DNA of 64,000 bases from Octopus bimaculoides (lineage: Eukaryota): positions 30,252,889 through 30,316,888 of the forward strand of contig NC_069001.1 in assembly GCF_001194135.2 (NCBI RefSeq), in the 5' to 3' direction. The notes below the pieces were generated by a model. It searched no databases. It had not been told where the DNA came from and worked only from the letters and a program-made list of their open reading frames with translations. Within the stretch, counting starts at the first letter, position 1. Each line of letters begins with the position of its first letter. Positions 40,215-52,915 of this stretch are shown piece by piece. The position numbers and the translations under genes are program-made.

Positions 40215-41269
40215 TGTGAAATTTTAAAAGAGAGAGAGATTAGTGAATAAATAACCGGTAAATGATTGATTTATATTTGGTACATGAGGTGATAGAAAAC
40301 AGATTGCTCATAAAAAGACGAATCCGAAATTTATGCAGTAAATTACAACAGGAAATTACCCTTAATGATCCACTCATAATTCTATTCAGTCAACTTATAT
40401 CTAGGGAAATCGAAAACTTGTATGTGCGAACAGATTGCTGCAAGTGTTTCAAGAAGATCATTAATTTGACATGCTATTTGTTTTAGCATCAATAACTGGG
40501 CAAATTGTATTTCGAAAGACTTTCATTGTTGGCGATAAAATGTAGGTAATGCTTGTGTCTACAGCTTAGTCCTGAAGGTCACAGTGTGTTTCAGAATTTT
40601 AATAATATTGAGCTTTCCTGATACGTAGATTTTAGGCGTATGTGCTCCGCAAATAGGTGTGTTATTATATCATCTTCTGATCAACTGATCCGTTAAACAT
40701 TTCTCATTATATGCAAGGTAATCTATAAACAATGTTAATTTTCAAATGTGCTGATCAAACGTGACGACCTCTTGCAGGGATGGATTGCACAGCATCTCAA
40801 AGGAGTTGGTTATTACCGTTCCTAAACCAGCTCATCTTTATCACGTGATTCCCTTCACTATAAACCAAAATTGAATTCTTGGAGAGATAATGACAAGATT
40901 CTGCATGCAGATTCAGCACAACGGATATGCTTGAAGCACTAAGGTGGAAAGAATGAAATCGACCGTGATATGAATAGATGCGACAGGAAATATACAGCAA
41001 CCAGTTATACTGCTTTCATGATTTCAGAAGAAAATATTGCATAATAAATTAACAAAGAATTGAGGCTATGCTTTATGTCAGAAGTTGCAACCGTCCAAGT
41101 CTCTATTCCATTCCCTTTTAACACAAGAAGGATTGAAAACTGAAATTAGTCTATGTAAAATTCTGATACCTTCAAAAGAATTGTAAGGAACAAATTTTGT
41201 GGACTTTTGGCCAATCGTTCAAATGTACGCATACTTTTCTACCAATGATATTCAAAATATGGTCCCGAA

Positions 41270-41810
41270 CGGCTATTGTCATGAACACTATTAGTACACA
41301 CATACATACAAGATACTACCTGCTCAGGAGGCATGGTGTAGTTTCAAAACCCATTCACAATGCTATCTGCAGGAAGAACTGCCCTACCGCATACATCAAG
41401 GCCTTTAAAAACAAAGGAATACAGGTGTAACATCCAAATAAAAACATCAATCTATTGCCAAACGTAACAGACCCGACATTGTTCTGTGGGACAGGGGACA
41501 AAATTCATGCATTGTTGTAAAGGTCAGCAGCCCAGCAGATATGAAATTAGGGACAAATGTCCAAGAAAAATGGAAGGTTGATGGTGAATTATTGTAGAAC
41601 TTACAGCACTTATAACCTAACTATAAGTTCTTACTTTTATCTATCATCATAGGCGCATTGAGATATGTATTAACAAATTTACACAAAGGTCTGGAGGTAT
41701 CCGAGTTCAGGGAAAAGTAGGCGCAAAAGAAATTGACACAGATTCTCCAAATCCAATCTATTAGTGTCTCAGTGAAGATTTGTAAGACATTCCAAAAATT
41801 CTTCATGTGA
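41270..41810 (+). mobile_element. Decayed 3' end of an R4/Dong/NeSL-group non-LTR retrotransposon (zinc-knuckle-adjacent region plus REL endonuclease)
   Basis: TRYYLLRRHGVVSKPIHNAICRKNCP, then IAKRNRPDIVLWDRGQNSCIVVKVSSPAD..IIIGALRYV..LQIQSISVSVKICKTF. Contains the RPD endonuclease motif and the KICKTF terminus. Confidence 0.82.
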
Positions 41811-42200
41811 GATTCTTATGTGAATAGATGCGCACACTTGGGTGAATGCATTGGAATTTCAACCAATACACCAAGTCAACCACATATTTACATACACCGG
41901 GAAATCTACAAAATCAAAAAGTCTTGTTGCTTTGGGAGCAACTGGCTTGAACTCTCTGAACGGGAACATAATTTCTTCATAATTTTCCATTGTCATTTAA
42001 GATTTCGGTCGATTTCTGTCATTATATCACTCATTCAGACACAGTAAATCTTTCTTTGCCATACTGACTCACACAGGCAGTGTGCTATTCGCTAACAAAC
42101 TTACAGACACACACACACAACACCTCGAGATAGGTGAAAATCCGAGAATTTGAAACAGCATTGTAATGTATTTTATTATTATTATTTTTATAATATGTAT

Positions 42201-42359
42201 GCAGGAGTGGCTGTGTGGTAAGTAGTTTGCTTACCAACTACATGGTTCCTGGTTTATTCCCACGGCGTGGTACCTCGGGCAAGTGTCTTCAACTACAGCC
42301 TCGGGCCAACCAAAGCCTTGTGAGGGGATTTGGTAGACGGAAACTGGAAGAATACCGCC

Positions 42360-42399
<40 letters not shown>

Positions 42400-42697
42400 N
42401 NNNNNNNNNNNNNNNNNNNNNNNNNNNNNNNNNNNNNNNNNNNNNNNNNNNNNNNNNNNNNNATATAGATGTATGTATGTGTATATTTATGTGTGTCTGT
42501 GTCCCCTCAACATCGCTTGACAACCAATGCTGGTTTGTTTATGTCCCTGTAACTTAGAGGTTCTGCAGAAGGGGCCGATAGGATAAGAACTAGGCTTACA
42601 AAAATAAGTCCTGGGGTCGATTTGCCCGACTAAAGGCGGTGCTCCAGCATGGTCACAGTCAAATGACTGAAACAAGTATGAAAGAGAATAAGAGTAG
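42201..42697 (+). mobile_element. Family B SINE, full length, with an assembly gap in its internal (TA)n
   Basis: GCAGGAGTGGCTGTGTGGTAAGTAG...CTCGGGCAAGTGTCTT...GGCGGTGCTCCAGCATGGTCACAGTCAAATGACTGAAACAAG. Confidence 0.9.
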
Positions 42698-42997
42698 AGA
42701 TATATATTTATTTTATTATAAATGCAAAACAACACCACGGAGGAATCGATGTAAATTTATATGATAAACCGCTATAGGTAAAACGCGATACGGCGAGGGA
42801 TTACTGTGTGCCAAGTTACATGTATGGCATTGTTGTGTATAAGACACTCCGTGTAGCGGTGGTTAAATACGTTAATAACGAGAAATACTTCACGGATGGA
42901 GTTTTTGTGTTTTGCTAGATAGGTTTCTGGATGACATGTTCTCGTATGGGACCACCTAGCCATATCTGTATGGGACCATGCTCACCAACCGCGGGAC

Positions 42998-43370
42998 CAT
43001 GCTCACCAACCACATGGTCCCGGGTTCAGTCCCACTGCGTGGCATCTTGGACAAGTGTCTTCTACTATAGCCTCGGGCCGACCAAAGCCTTGTGAGTGGA
43101 TTTGGTAGACGGAAACTGAAAGAAGCCCGTCGTATATATGTATATATGTGTTTATGTGTTTGTGTGTCAGTGTTTGTCCCCCCAACATCGCTTGACAACC
43201 GATGCTGGTGTGTTTACGTCTCCGTAACTTAGCGGTTCGGCAAAACAGACCGATAGAATAAGTACTAGGCTTCCAAAGAATAAGTCCTGGGGTCGATTTG
43301 CTCGACTAAAGACGGTGCTTCAGCATGCCCACAGTCAAAAAGACTTAAACAAGTAAAATAGTAAAGAGTA
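42998..43370 (+). mobile_element. Family B SINE, 5'-truncated with a rearranged 5' junction
   Basis: CATGCTCACCAACCACATGGTCCCGGGTTCAGTCCCACTGCGTGGCATCTTGGACAAGTGTCTT... continues through the B tail. Confidence 0.9.
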
Positions 43371-43835
43371 TACACGTAATTATATCATGTGACATATAAC
43401 GGTGCATGAATATGTGACACGCGTGTGTGTGAAAGAAACGGACATGGGGTTCTGTCATTTATTGTTTTTGAAATTAATTTCAGATTCTGATGACAAAAAA
43501 AAAAAATGCATGCAAGAGCAATATGTCTCGAACGACTTTGAACATGAATTAAAAAGAGTAAAAAAAAAAAACTCTATCTTTGTTTGCTGCTATGACATAT
43601 ATTTCAATTATTGTATGACAAGTAGTTGTGTGTGTGTATAAACATAGCGTGTATATACACCAAGTTGAATGCGTTTTTATTCGTATCTGTTCGTTTCTCT
43701 TCGTTTTAAGACACATGATCATTGTATTAGTAAAATAATATTAGACGAAGAGTTTATAATCTAGAAGTACAAACGTAAAAATAAGTTGTCTCTATAAAAT
43801 ATTCATTGAGTATTTTTATCTGATTTGCGTTTTTC

Positions 43836-43904
43836 CTTCTTCTTCTTCTTCTTCTTCTTCTTCTTCTTCTTCTTCTTCTTCTTCTTCTTCTTCTTCTTCT
43901 TCTT
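43836..43904. repeat. (TTC)n microsatellite
   Basis: Pure TTC run of roughly 22 units. Confidence 0.95.
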
Positions 43905-44307
43905 TAATTCGCTATTACTATTTACTATTTTTTTTCTCTCTCGAACATATTTATTTCAATTTATTATATTTAGATTTTGTTTTAAACCTTTATTCCATTT
44001 TTTTTTTTAGTTATTTTTTTCAGAAAATAACAACAACAAAACAAATATACAGAATTGTTTATTCCTGTACTGATTGATTTGTTTAGTTTCTTCTGGGTCA
44101 TATTTATTTCAATTTGTATTATATAGTAATGTTTACTCTCCTTATTTTCCAATCTGATTTAGTGGAGACAGACACACAAAATAATCAGCCGCACTTCACT
44201 GAATAGAATTTGAAAATCAGATTAACGTTTTACTGTGTTGTTCTGTTGGGGCTTTATTTACGTGTAGTTTTATGCGGATTATTCTTCTTATTATTATTAT
44301 TATCATG

Positions 44308-44343
<36 letters not shown>

Positions 44344-44431
44344 TGTTCGTTTGTTTATTTTATTATTTTAGATCATTTCTATTTAAATTTTCTCAATATA
44401 TTTACTTATATTTGTAACTATCTCTTACCTG

Positions 44432-44522
<91 letters not shown>

Positions 44523-44667
44523 NNNNNNNNNNNNNNNNNNNNNNNNNNNNNNNNNNNNNNNNNNNNNNNNNNNNNNNNNNNNNNNNNNNNNNNNNNNNNN
44601 NNNNNNNNNNNNNNNNNNNNNNNNNNNNNNNNNNNNNNNNNNNNNNNNNNNNNNNNNNNNNNNNNNN

Positions 44668-44803
44668 TGCTTTTAGCCCCAGGAGGACATCTCCTCCAGC
44701 TGGCTTATCGACACACGACTGTGTCCTAACTCCCTTGGCAAACAGGACACAGTCGTGTGTCGATAAGCCAGCTGGAGGAGATGTCCTCCTGGGGCTAAAA
44801 GCA
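44668..44803. repeat. Perfect 60-bp inverted repeat with a 16-nt spacer, abutting an N-gap
   Basis: 44668-44727 is the exact reverse complement of 44744-44803. Confidence 0.92.
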
Positions 44804-44913
44804 ACAGTAACATCCACCCCTAGGGGTCAGCCACACTTAAGTGGCAATATACTACACTTTATATACATATAGATATAGATATATATATAGATAGATGTGT
44901 GTGCATATATAAA

Positions 44914-44945
<32 letters not shown>

Positions 44946-45258
44946 CATACACACACACAGATATACAGATAGATAGAGATGTATACACAGACATATATGT
45001 GTGTGTGTGCACGTGTGTGTGTAATATACGTGCATATGTAGCACATAAAACATATATGAATGTTTGTTTTATATATAAAGAGAATATATATCGTGTGGGT
45101 CAGCATGTATTAGAGAGTGTACGCATATAAGCATGGAAATATATAACTGTAAGGTCCAGGGATACAAGTGAAGGAAGTTTGTAATCTTCCAGCAGTCCAT
45201 GACAAGCATAGAAAGCAATACGTGAACTGTGTACGTTGATGAACAATTAAAAATCTAT

Positions 45259-45700
45259 TGGCGTAGAATTTTATCTACTTTTTGCAATATCGATGTTAGA
45301 AAATTCGGTAAGCTGAAAGTTTCTATATAGCTCAAGGTTATAAACTAGAGTTGCTCTTAATGCGAATAGAAGTCCAAAATAAGGGAAGAGAACAGGTGAA
45401 ATCTTACATATGTTTCCTACCTAGCTGATCCTCTGATCTACTTATTATCCAATGAGTGTTGCTGAGCTAACTACTCATGAAGCCGAGAGTACATTAATTA
45501 TATGTACGTTACATTGTCATTCGGGAATTGCATTTTGACTCACCGAGAATGGCGTGGAATTTTACACACTTTTTCTCATATCGATGTTACAAGGAAATTC
45601 GATAAGCTAAATGCTTCTGTATAGCTCACGCTTAGAAACTGAAGTTGCTATGAATGTGAATGAAAATCCAAAATGTAGGATTGGAAAAGGTAAAATCCTG
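45259..45700 (+). repeat. Old diverged direct repeat, ~150-bp units at 45259-45408 and 45550-45700
   Basis: Both begin TGGCGT(A/G)GAATTTTA and share ATATCGATGTTA, TAAGCT(G/A)AA, TATAGCTCA, AGTTGCT and TCCAAAAT. Confidence 0.75.
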
Positions 45701-46219
45701 GCTACGTACGAAACAGAACGTTCATGAAGTGTAAAAAATAGGGGAAGAAGGGGTGAAATATTTGCGAGTGGGCATCGTAAAAATGGTGTTGAGAATGAAA
45801 AAGGAGAGGTGGAAGAAAGAGATGGTTTTGGGTAGATGCTTTCTAACTTTCGGGGGAAAAGAAAGGTTGTTATAAGTATTAAGCTACGGTCATTTTACTA
45901 TGTCAATAGTAAATAAATATATTGACACACCCATGCTTACACATGCACCCAGGACAAAACAAAAATGTCTCAATTAAATGGTCAAGAAGAAAGGAAAGGA
46001 AGCGGCCAAATATTCAGTATTAGGAACGGGGTGAGATTATAAGGAAAAAGATGAAAGAGGATGAAAGAGGGGGAAGGGGAGTAGAAAGTTGTAGTCTTTA
46101 AGAAAGCAACGGTTATTAAGATTATTAAGTTGGAATGGCTATAGACATTGGTGTAGAAGTAGGCACTGGTACTGTCTGGCGCTTGCTACATCATAGTAGG
46201 GATAGATAGATAGATAGAT

Positions 46220-46268
<49 letters not shown>

Positions 46269-46354
46269 NNNNNNNNNNNNNNNNNNNNNNNNNNNNNNNN
46301 NNNNNNNNNNNNNNNNNNNNNNNNNNNNNNNNNNNNNNNNNNNNNNNNNNNNNN

Positions 46355-46401
<47 letters not shown>

Positions 46402-47174
46402 AAGATGGTGAAATGGACAGACGGATGGATGCCTGCATGCATTTGTTCAGATTTTTTCAAGTTATTTATTGACACCGAGTAACATTGGCTTTTATTTTTT
46501 TAATCATACATTTACAAAATTGAACAGTCGGCACCTGATCTTTGCATACTTGTCTGTGAGTAACAACTTTTACATAGACTCTTGAGTTTACGAGCTGTTG
46601 ATTGCAAACTCAAGAATTTAGAGTATATGGCACAAAAGTACCACCTATACTCAAAAGTGTACATCATATGGTACACATTTCGTGGTGAAATTCATGCCTG
46701 TCAGCAAAGTGTTGCCGGAGAGTTATGCCAATGACTGGGGAATCGCTGACGGATTAATTTGGTGCAGTTATTGTTCTTGTTCTGCATACATTTACCATTA
46801 TTATGAGTCAATATAAGGGAGAATATGCAGAAAGGCTAAGTAGTTATCACAAATGCGTAAGTGGGAAGCATTAATAACTTTAATATATAATAAGGTAAAA
46901 CTTAATATCTGTTAATATCTTCAAGAGCATTTACCGATATCAGCCAACGTCCTCTATCCTGTTCTCACATTTCATACTGAAAATTTTAAGCTATTTATGG
47001 TAATGATATTCTACTCTCAGTAGATAAATCCGCAATAAGATGAATGCAATTGGTTATGTTAGTGCATCAAGTATATCAAACTTTGCTATTATTTTTCCAT
47101 TTGAAACTTTCTATATCTCGCATTTCGTTAATGAACGTGTTTGAAGCATACGTACCAAGCCATTATTATATATA

Positions 47175-47223
<49 letters not shown>

Positions 47224-47459
47224 ATACGTTAGACACTTAATACCCATACATTTTTCTCTCTACGCTTTTCTCTTCCCATTTTTCACCTATTATCCCTTTT
47301 TCTCCACGAGCGTAGGCTGAAACAATTTTCATAGCTCAGACTTTTTCATTGTTCCCTAGCGACAAACTAATACACCTGCCTATTGTGTCCTCACTTGTCT
47401 TTCTCTTTTCTTTTATCTACATTTGAACCAGATAGATAGATAGATAGTTAGATAGATTT

Positions 47460-47693
47460 AAGGCGGCGAGCTGACAGAAACGTTAGCACGCCGGGCGAAA
47501 TGCTTAGCGATATTTCGTCTGCCGTTACGTTCTGAGTTCAAATTCCACCGAGGTCGACTTTTCCTTTCATCCTTTCGGGGTCGATTAAATGAATACCAGT
47601 TACGCACTGGGGTAGATGTAATCGACTCAATCCGTTTGTCTGTCTTTGTTTGTCCCGTCTATGTTTAGCCGCTTGTGGGCAATAAAAAAATAA
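47460..47693 (+). mobile_element. Family A1 SINE inserted in a (GATA)n tract
   Basis: Full A1 sequence with GATA repeats on both sides. Confidence 0.92.
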
Positions 47694-47867
47694 GATAGAT
47701 AGATAGATAGATTCGGTAATGTTGCTGTATGTTTCTCACTGAGAGATGTAAAACATGTTGTTTTTCTCTATACGAGATCAACGGCTGTATGTCGCTTAAA
47801 GAATATATAGTATTTGCGAGTGGAGACAGCTTTTATCAACAGCCAGTGATAGTCTCACACTGACGAG

Positions 47868-48076
47868 GCGTAATCATCCAGAAACCACGGTTGCCTCACT
47901 TGCAAACACTATACGGAAACAGACTGTGTGTCAATAGCCAGCTGAAAAAAGATGTTTTTCCCTGGGCCTAAATAATAGTAACATCGTCCTTTATAGTACT
48001 GCCACATTCTGTTGGCAAATAAAATTTACTATTCGGTACTGTTACGGCATGTCTCTCGCTGAGAGTTTTCAACTAG

Positions 48077-48159
<83 letters not shown>

Positions 48160-48659
48160 NNNNNNNNNNNNNNNNNNNNNNNNNNNNNNNNNNNNNNNNN
48201 NNNNNNNNNNNNNNNNNNNNNNNNNNNNNNNNNNNNNNNNNNNNNNNNNNNNNNNNNNNNNNNNNNNNNNNNNNNNNNNNNNNNNNNNNNNNNNNNNNNN
48301 NNNNNNNNNNNNNNNNNNNNNNNNNNNNNNNNNNNNNNNNNNNNNNNNNNNNNNNNNNNNNNNNNNNNNNNNNNNNNNNNNNNNNNNNNNNNNNNNNNNN
48401 NNNNNNNNNNNNNNNNNNNNNNNNNNNNNNNTGCGTAATCATCCAGAAACCACGGTTGCCTCACTTGCAAACACTATACGGAAACAGACTGTGTGTCAAT
48501 AGCCAGCTGAAAAAAGATGTTTTTCCCTGGGCCTAAATAATAGTAACATCGTCCTTTATAGTACTGCCACATTCTGTTGGCAAATAAAATTTACTATTCG
48601 GTACTGTTACGGCATGTCTCTCGCTGAGAGTTTTCAACTAGTTATATATATATATATAC
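47868..48659 (+). repeat. Identical 227-bp direct duplication (47868-48094 and 48433-48659) across an N-gap
   Basis: No mismatches seen at offset 565. The gap is 48160-48431. Confidence 0.9.
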
Positions 48660-49227
48660 TTACATATATATAATTGTGTTTAAGTACATCATGTGTGTAT
48701 GTTTATGAAGGAAAATATCTATATGGATGCATAAATAGCTCTTCAGAATGCCTATAAATACACGCCGTTAGACAATTACAAATAATTCTATAGAATTTAG
48801 CAAGTCATGCAGTATTTATTTATATAAATCAATATATTAATGTGTGAAACTGAAAACATAAATAACTTTATTCTCTTTTTTTTTTTTTTAACACTCTACG
48901 AATGAACTGTAACAAAAAGTATGCACCTATTCATTTAACAAAAGAATGATATTATTCCGAGCTAGCAATTTTTTTTTCGGCGCCCATAATGAAACTAACA
49001 ATGGATTGATTAGCAAACGTAGAAGGGGAAAACAATTGCAAGAAATAATCTGTAGAATTATTCGTCAGAAATACAGAATGTAAGAATTGAATTCAGATAT
49101 ATTGTTGCTTGAAATAAATGTACTACGTGCCTGTCTTGACAGAGAATTAATGAATAATAATATATATTCGTTGGGAGTATTCATAGTTCCACTTTCTTCG
49201 TATTCTTTTACTGCTTTTTTTTCGTTT

Positions 49228-49425
49228 AAGTGATTTCACTGCGCCCACACTGGAGCACCACCTTAAAGGGGTTTTTAGTGGAAGAAATCGACCCCAGGAC
49301 TTATTATTTGTAAGCAAATACGTATATTTTTGTCGCCTTTGCAGAACTGTTAATTTACGGGGATGTAAACACACCAACCTCAGTTGTCAAGTGATGGTGG
49401 GAACACAAACATAGACACAAGGATA
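49228..49425 (-). mobile_element. Family B SINE 3' half
   Basis: CTGGAGCACCACC...AAATCGACCCCAGGACTTATTATTTGTAAGC...GGGGATGTAAACACACC...GTTGTCAAG. Confidence 0.8.
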
Positions 49426-50452
49426 CACACACATAAATACATACATACATGCATCATTTAAGAAATAGGGATAAAATGAATACAACCAACCTTAGTACCC
49501 AAATAAATAAGCTAATTTAGGTACTATATATAATAGGCGAAAATATATGTGACTTTTGTGTGAAAGAAATGTATCAAATTTCCACTTCTCTATTTTAATT
49601 ATAAACACTAGACAAGAACAGATTACGAGCTGTCCACACTGGATTAATTATACGTTGAAACGATTTAAAGAAACATAACTTAACATCTATAATGATTATA
49701 CTAATTAAAATAATGTTTGTGATAACTAATGATGTTTATGAAAATAGTACTAATAAATTTAATTATAATAATAATACCCATGATATTTATTGAGGCCATA
49801 AACCCAAAATAAGTTAAATGCCTCTGAATAAATACCCCTTAATATATAATTTACTCCGTACAGTAAAATGTAAACAAAACTGCTACAATTAATTGTAATA
49901 TATAAAAAAATATTTAAAAACCAGGATTCAACTGTAATACCAGGAGAGGTGATTACAAGACCAGAATTCAATTCGGTTTAAAAAGTAACGCAGTCACCTT
50001 CAACCGAATAGCAAAGAAGGAAGCTTGTTTGGATTAGTTCTGTTTCAAAATGTCGCAAGGGATAGACCTTTAATGAAATTACAGCGGCCGGGATGCAAAA
50101 TTGCATACACATCAATGTGCAGTGGCTGCAATAGAAACATATCTTGGTCGTTGTTACGTGTACTGTAGAAAACTATTTAATAAAAACGATTTGGATGTGG
50201 GTAACTCTCCACTTTGTTTTCAATTATGTGTATGTGTGTGTGTATAAACAGTAAAATGAGTTCGCACATCAAAATAGCAGGTGAGTGTTACTACTGGTTT
50301 AACCCCAGACAGATTGTCCACCAGCTGGTTTTCGATGCAACGTTCTGCACCTCTTATATACATTTATATCACTAGCAGAGGAAACGAACCCCTACTAATG
50401 TGGCAACTCGCTTTACTGTTTTGTAAATGTTACTACTTTATCCTTTCTTGAG

Positions 50453-50505
<53 letters not shown>

Positions 50506-50506
50506 T

Positions 50507-50547
<41 letters not shown>

Positions 50548-50736
50548 GACGGATCTCTTTCAGTTTGCCGTCTAAGAAATCCACTCACATTAATAAAGCG
50601 ACCTAAAGCTCAACATAACATATATTTTGTACTTATTTTACTTAAATATTTTTTTTAAATGCCAACGTATTTATAAACGTTTTTAAATATAATATCTTTA
50701 GATATTTGCGGGCTTATAAAAATATGTTGCCAAAAG

Positions 50737-51100
50737 AATGTAATCTATAAATGTAACGTATAAATCTATAATGGTCAAAGGAGAATATATATATTGGTAG
50801 CTCGACGTGAATTAAGCAAAGATATAGAAGCCACCTTAGTTCCTCTAAGAATCCAAAATATAGGACGTCCACCACATTAGCATCATTCATAAATGACCTA
50901 ACAGAAAGAAGTATAGAGTTCAAATTATCTTGGTCCATCTTGGCTCATGCCTCACAATTTAGAAATGGATCCACTAAATGTGGATTGTGTGTCAGGTAGG
51001 CATACTTTATTTTGAAAAATGTTAATCATGCCATGTTGAATAAATTTACTGATGCAATTCCGGCTTGCACGCGTAAGATTATCTCGACATTTTTTAGGAA
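50737..51100 (+). mobile_element. Penelope-like element GIY-YIG endonuclease remnant
   Basis: NVIYKCNV*IYNGQRRI[+2 nt]YIGSST*IKQRYRSHLSSSKNPKYRTSTTLASFINDLTERSIEFKLSWSILAHASQFRNGSTKCGLCVR*AYFILK..MLNK. Shows the vIY..YIG, R...H, W.IL and CxLC motifs of Penelope-type endonucleases. Confidence 0.85.
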
Positions 51101-52147
51101 GTTTAAAAATAAAAATAAGAATAAGAATTAGAATATTAATAATGAAAAGGTGTAAAACGAAACTGAAATAAGGATAAAAATAATAATTTAAAATCTAAAA
51201 CTTAAAATACAATCGAAAATTATANNNNNNNNNNACTAGTAGATATTATATTATCTAGCAAGGATGTAATTGGTACGAATTGAATTAGGAATGGCTAGTT
51301 TTGGATAAGCATGGGAATGGTATTAAAATTGGAAGAAAAATACCATAATGGACTGGTCGAAATGAGACTTTGCACAGGCCTTTAACTGGAATCATCCTAT
51401 AATATAACTATTATATAAAGGGAATAGTTATTATGTTACAGATTTTTCGAATGTGAACGTGATTTGGATTTATTTGTTTATTTCAGTGTGGATTTTACCT
51501 TCTTCGTGAGTTAAAGAAAGGTGTTACATTCTTCTTGAAACGTGAGTTACTGTTATTGTGTTATTTCAAGAACAGTTTTATTGCTTTGTTTCAAAGCTAA
51601 TTGTTGTTAATTCCCTCGCGCGGGGAAATTGATGTCGAATAGTTATTAAACTGATTGAGTCTTATATAATATCGACGTTTTTATATCTTATTACGTATAT
51701 ATTTTGTACTTATTTTACTTATATATATTTTTAAATGCCTATGTATTTATAAATGTTTTTAAATATTTTTAGATATTTGCTGGCTTATAAAAATATAAAT
51801 GTCTATATACTTGTATCCTATTAATACTTCTGTTATGTTGAGCTTTATGTCGCTTTATTAATGTCGAAGTAAGTGTGCATATATATTGAATATTCTGCTG
51901 GATAATAGGTCATGTCCCTCTAGTTTTCCGCTCGTATTGCCTCCGCTCAAATTATAAATTTGAGTAAATAAATACATGCGTGTGTGAGTGTGTATGCTTG
52001 TATGTATACTCACATTCAGATGCGCTTGTATGGATGCTTATATATGTGTCTGTGCTAGGTCTAATGGATACCAACACTTTGGATACCAACACTTTACAAT
52101 AAAATATTCAAATTATTTACTTAATAACATGGATGCCAAGTGTATTC

Positions 52148-52369
52148 ATGTTTACAGTCGACCTTTCGCTTTGAATACATTTTACGTCATTTCTAATCCA
52201 CGTGCGTTTGTCTATGTTTCTGAACAACATCGTCGCTTTCCGTAAAAGTGTGTTAGGGTTAGGGAATTCCGACCCTAACCCTAAAACCCTTTTACGGAAA
52301 CATAAATAAACGCACGTAGATTAGAAATGATGTAAAATGTACTCAAAACGAAAGATCGCCTGTTTACAT
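52148..52369. repeat. ~220-bp imperfect inverted repeat with (TTAGGG)2 / (CCCTAA)2 at the apex
   Basis: Outer arms 52148-52220 and about 52297-52369 (about 10 mismatches). Inner TTCCGTAAAAG/CTTTTACGGAA. Apex TTAGGGTTAGGG-AATTCCGA-CCCTAACCCTAA (52253-52284). Confidence 0.8.
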
Positions 52370-52915
52370 TTATTTATTCATATATATTTTTATTTAGGCT
52401 GAATAACTTATTTATTTTGACTTTTATCCGCGAGTATTTTAGAGATGACTTGCTGTCCGTTATCCCTGTGTTTTTTATCACTGTTTTAACGACAAGTTAT
52501 ATTGGGGTTTTTTTCTAATGTGTATGCAAACCTCATGATCATTTTAAAATATCAATAACCTAAATTTCCCAACCAAACATACTTCGTGCTCAGGGAACTC
52601 AATGTATTTCGCTGTGATTTTGTTATGAATTAGTCAGCATTTATTCTGAATTCTTGAAGTTGTATTGTTGTTTCCACCAACCGTTTTCGATTTATAATGC
52701 TAATTAGTATGCGATTAAGGTACCCCATTTCCCACAAACGTTCTTAGGCTTACATTGACCTAAAAACATTTTTTTTTAAATATAGAAACTAAAGCATTTT
52801 GACTTGAATTCCTTACTCTAGAAAAATAAACGAAGGTATTTGCTGCTCGTTCTTAAATTCTATTTTAATTTCCTAATAAGCAGAAAATGCCTTAATGTCA
52901 TTATTTCATCCCCAT

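Noticed and set aside
40262-40486. 74-aa ORF ending in CCKCF as a gene or zinc-binding domain
   Set aside because: No recognisable family, splice context or supporting neighbours; the length is expected by chance.
47852-47905. Possible minimal hammerhead ribozyme CTGACGA-GGCGTAATCATCCA-GAAACCACGGTT
   Set aside because: Core motifs and a near-palindromic stem III are present, but an extra A precedes GAAA and I cannot form stem I. At most a decayed Penelope-type remnant; an Infernal search would decide.
52253-52284. Interstitial telomere or chromosome-fusion site
   Set aside because: Only two units per side, embedded in a longer non-telomeric inverted repeat, so better explained as part of a hairpin element.
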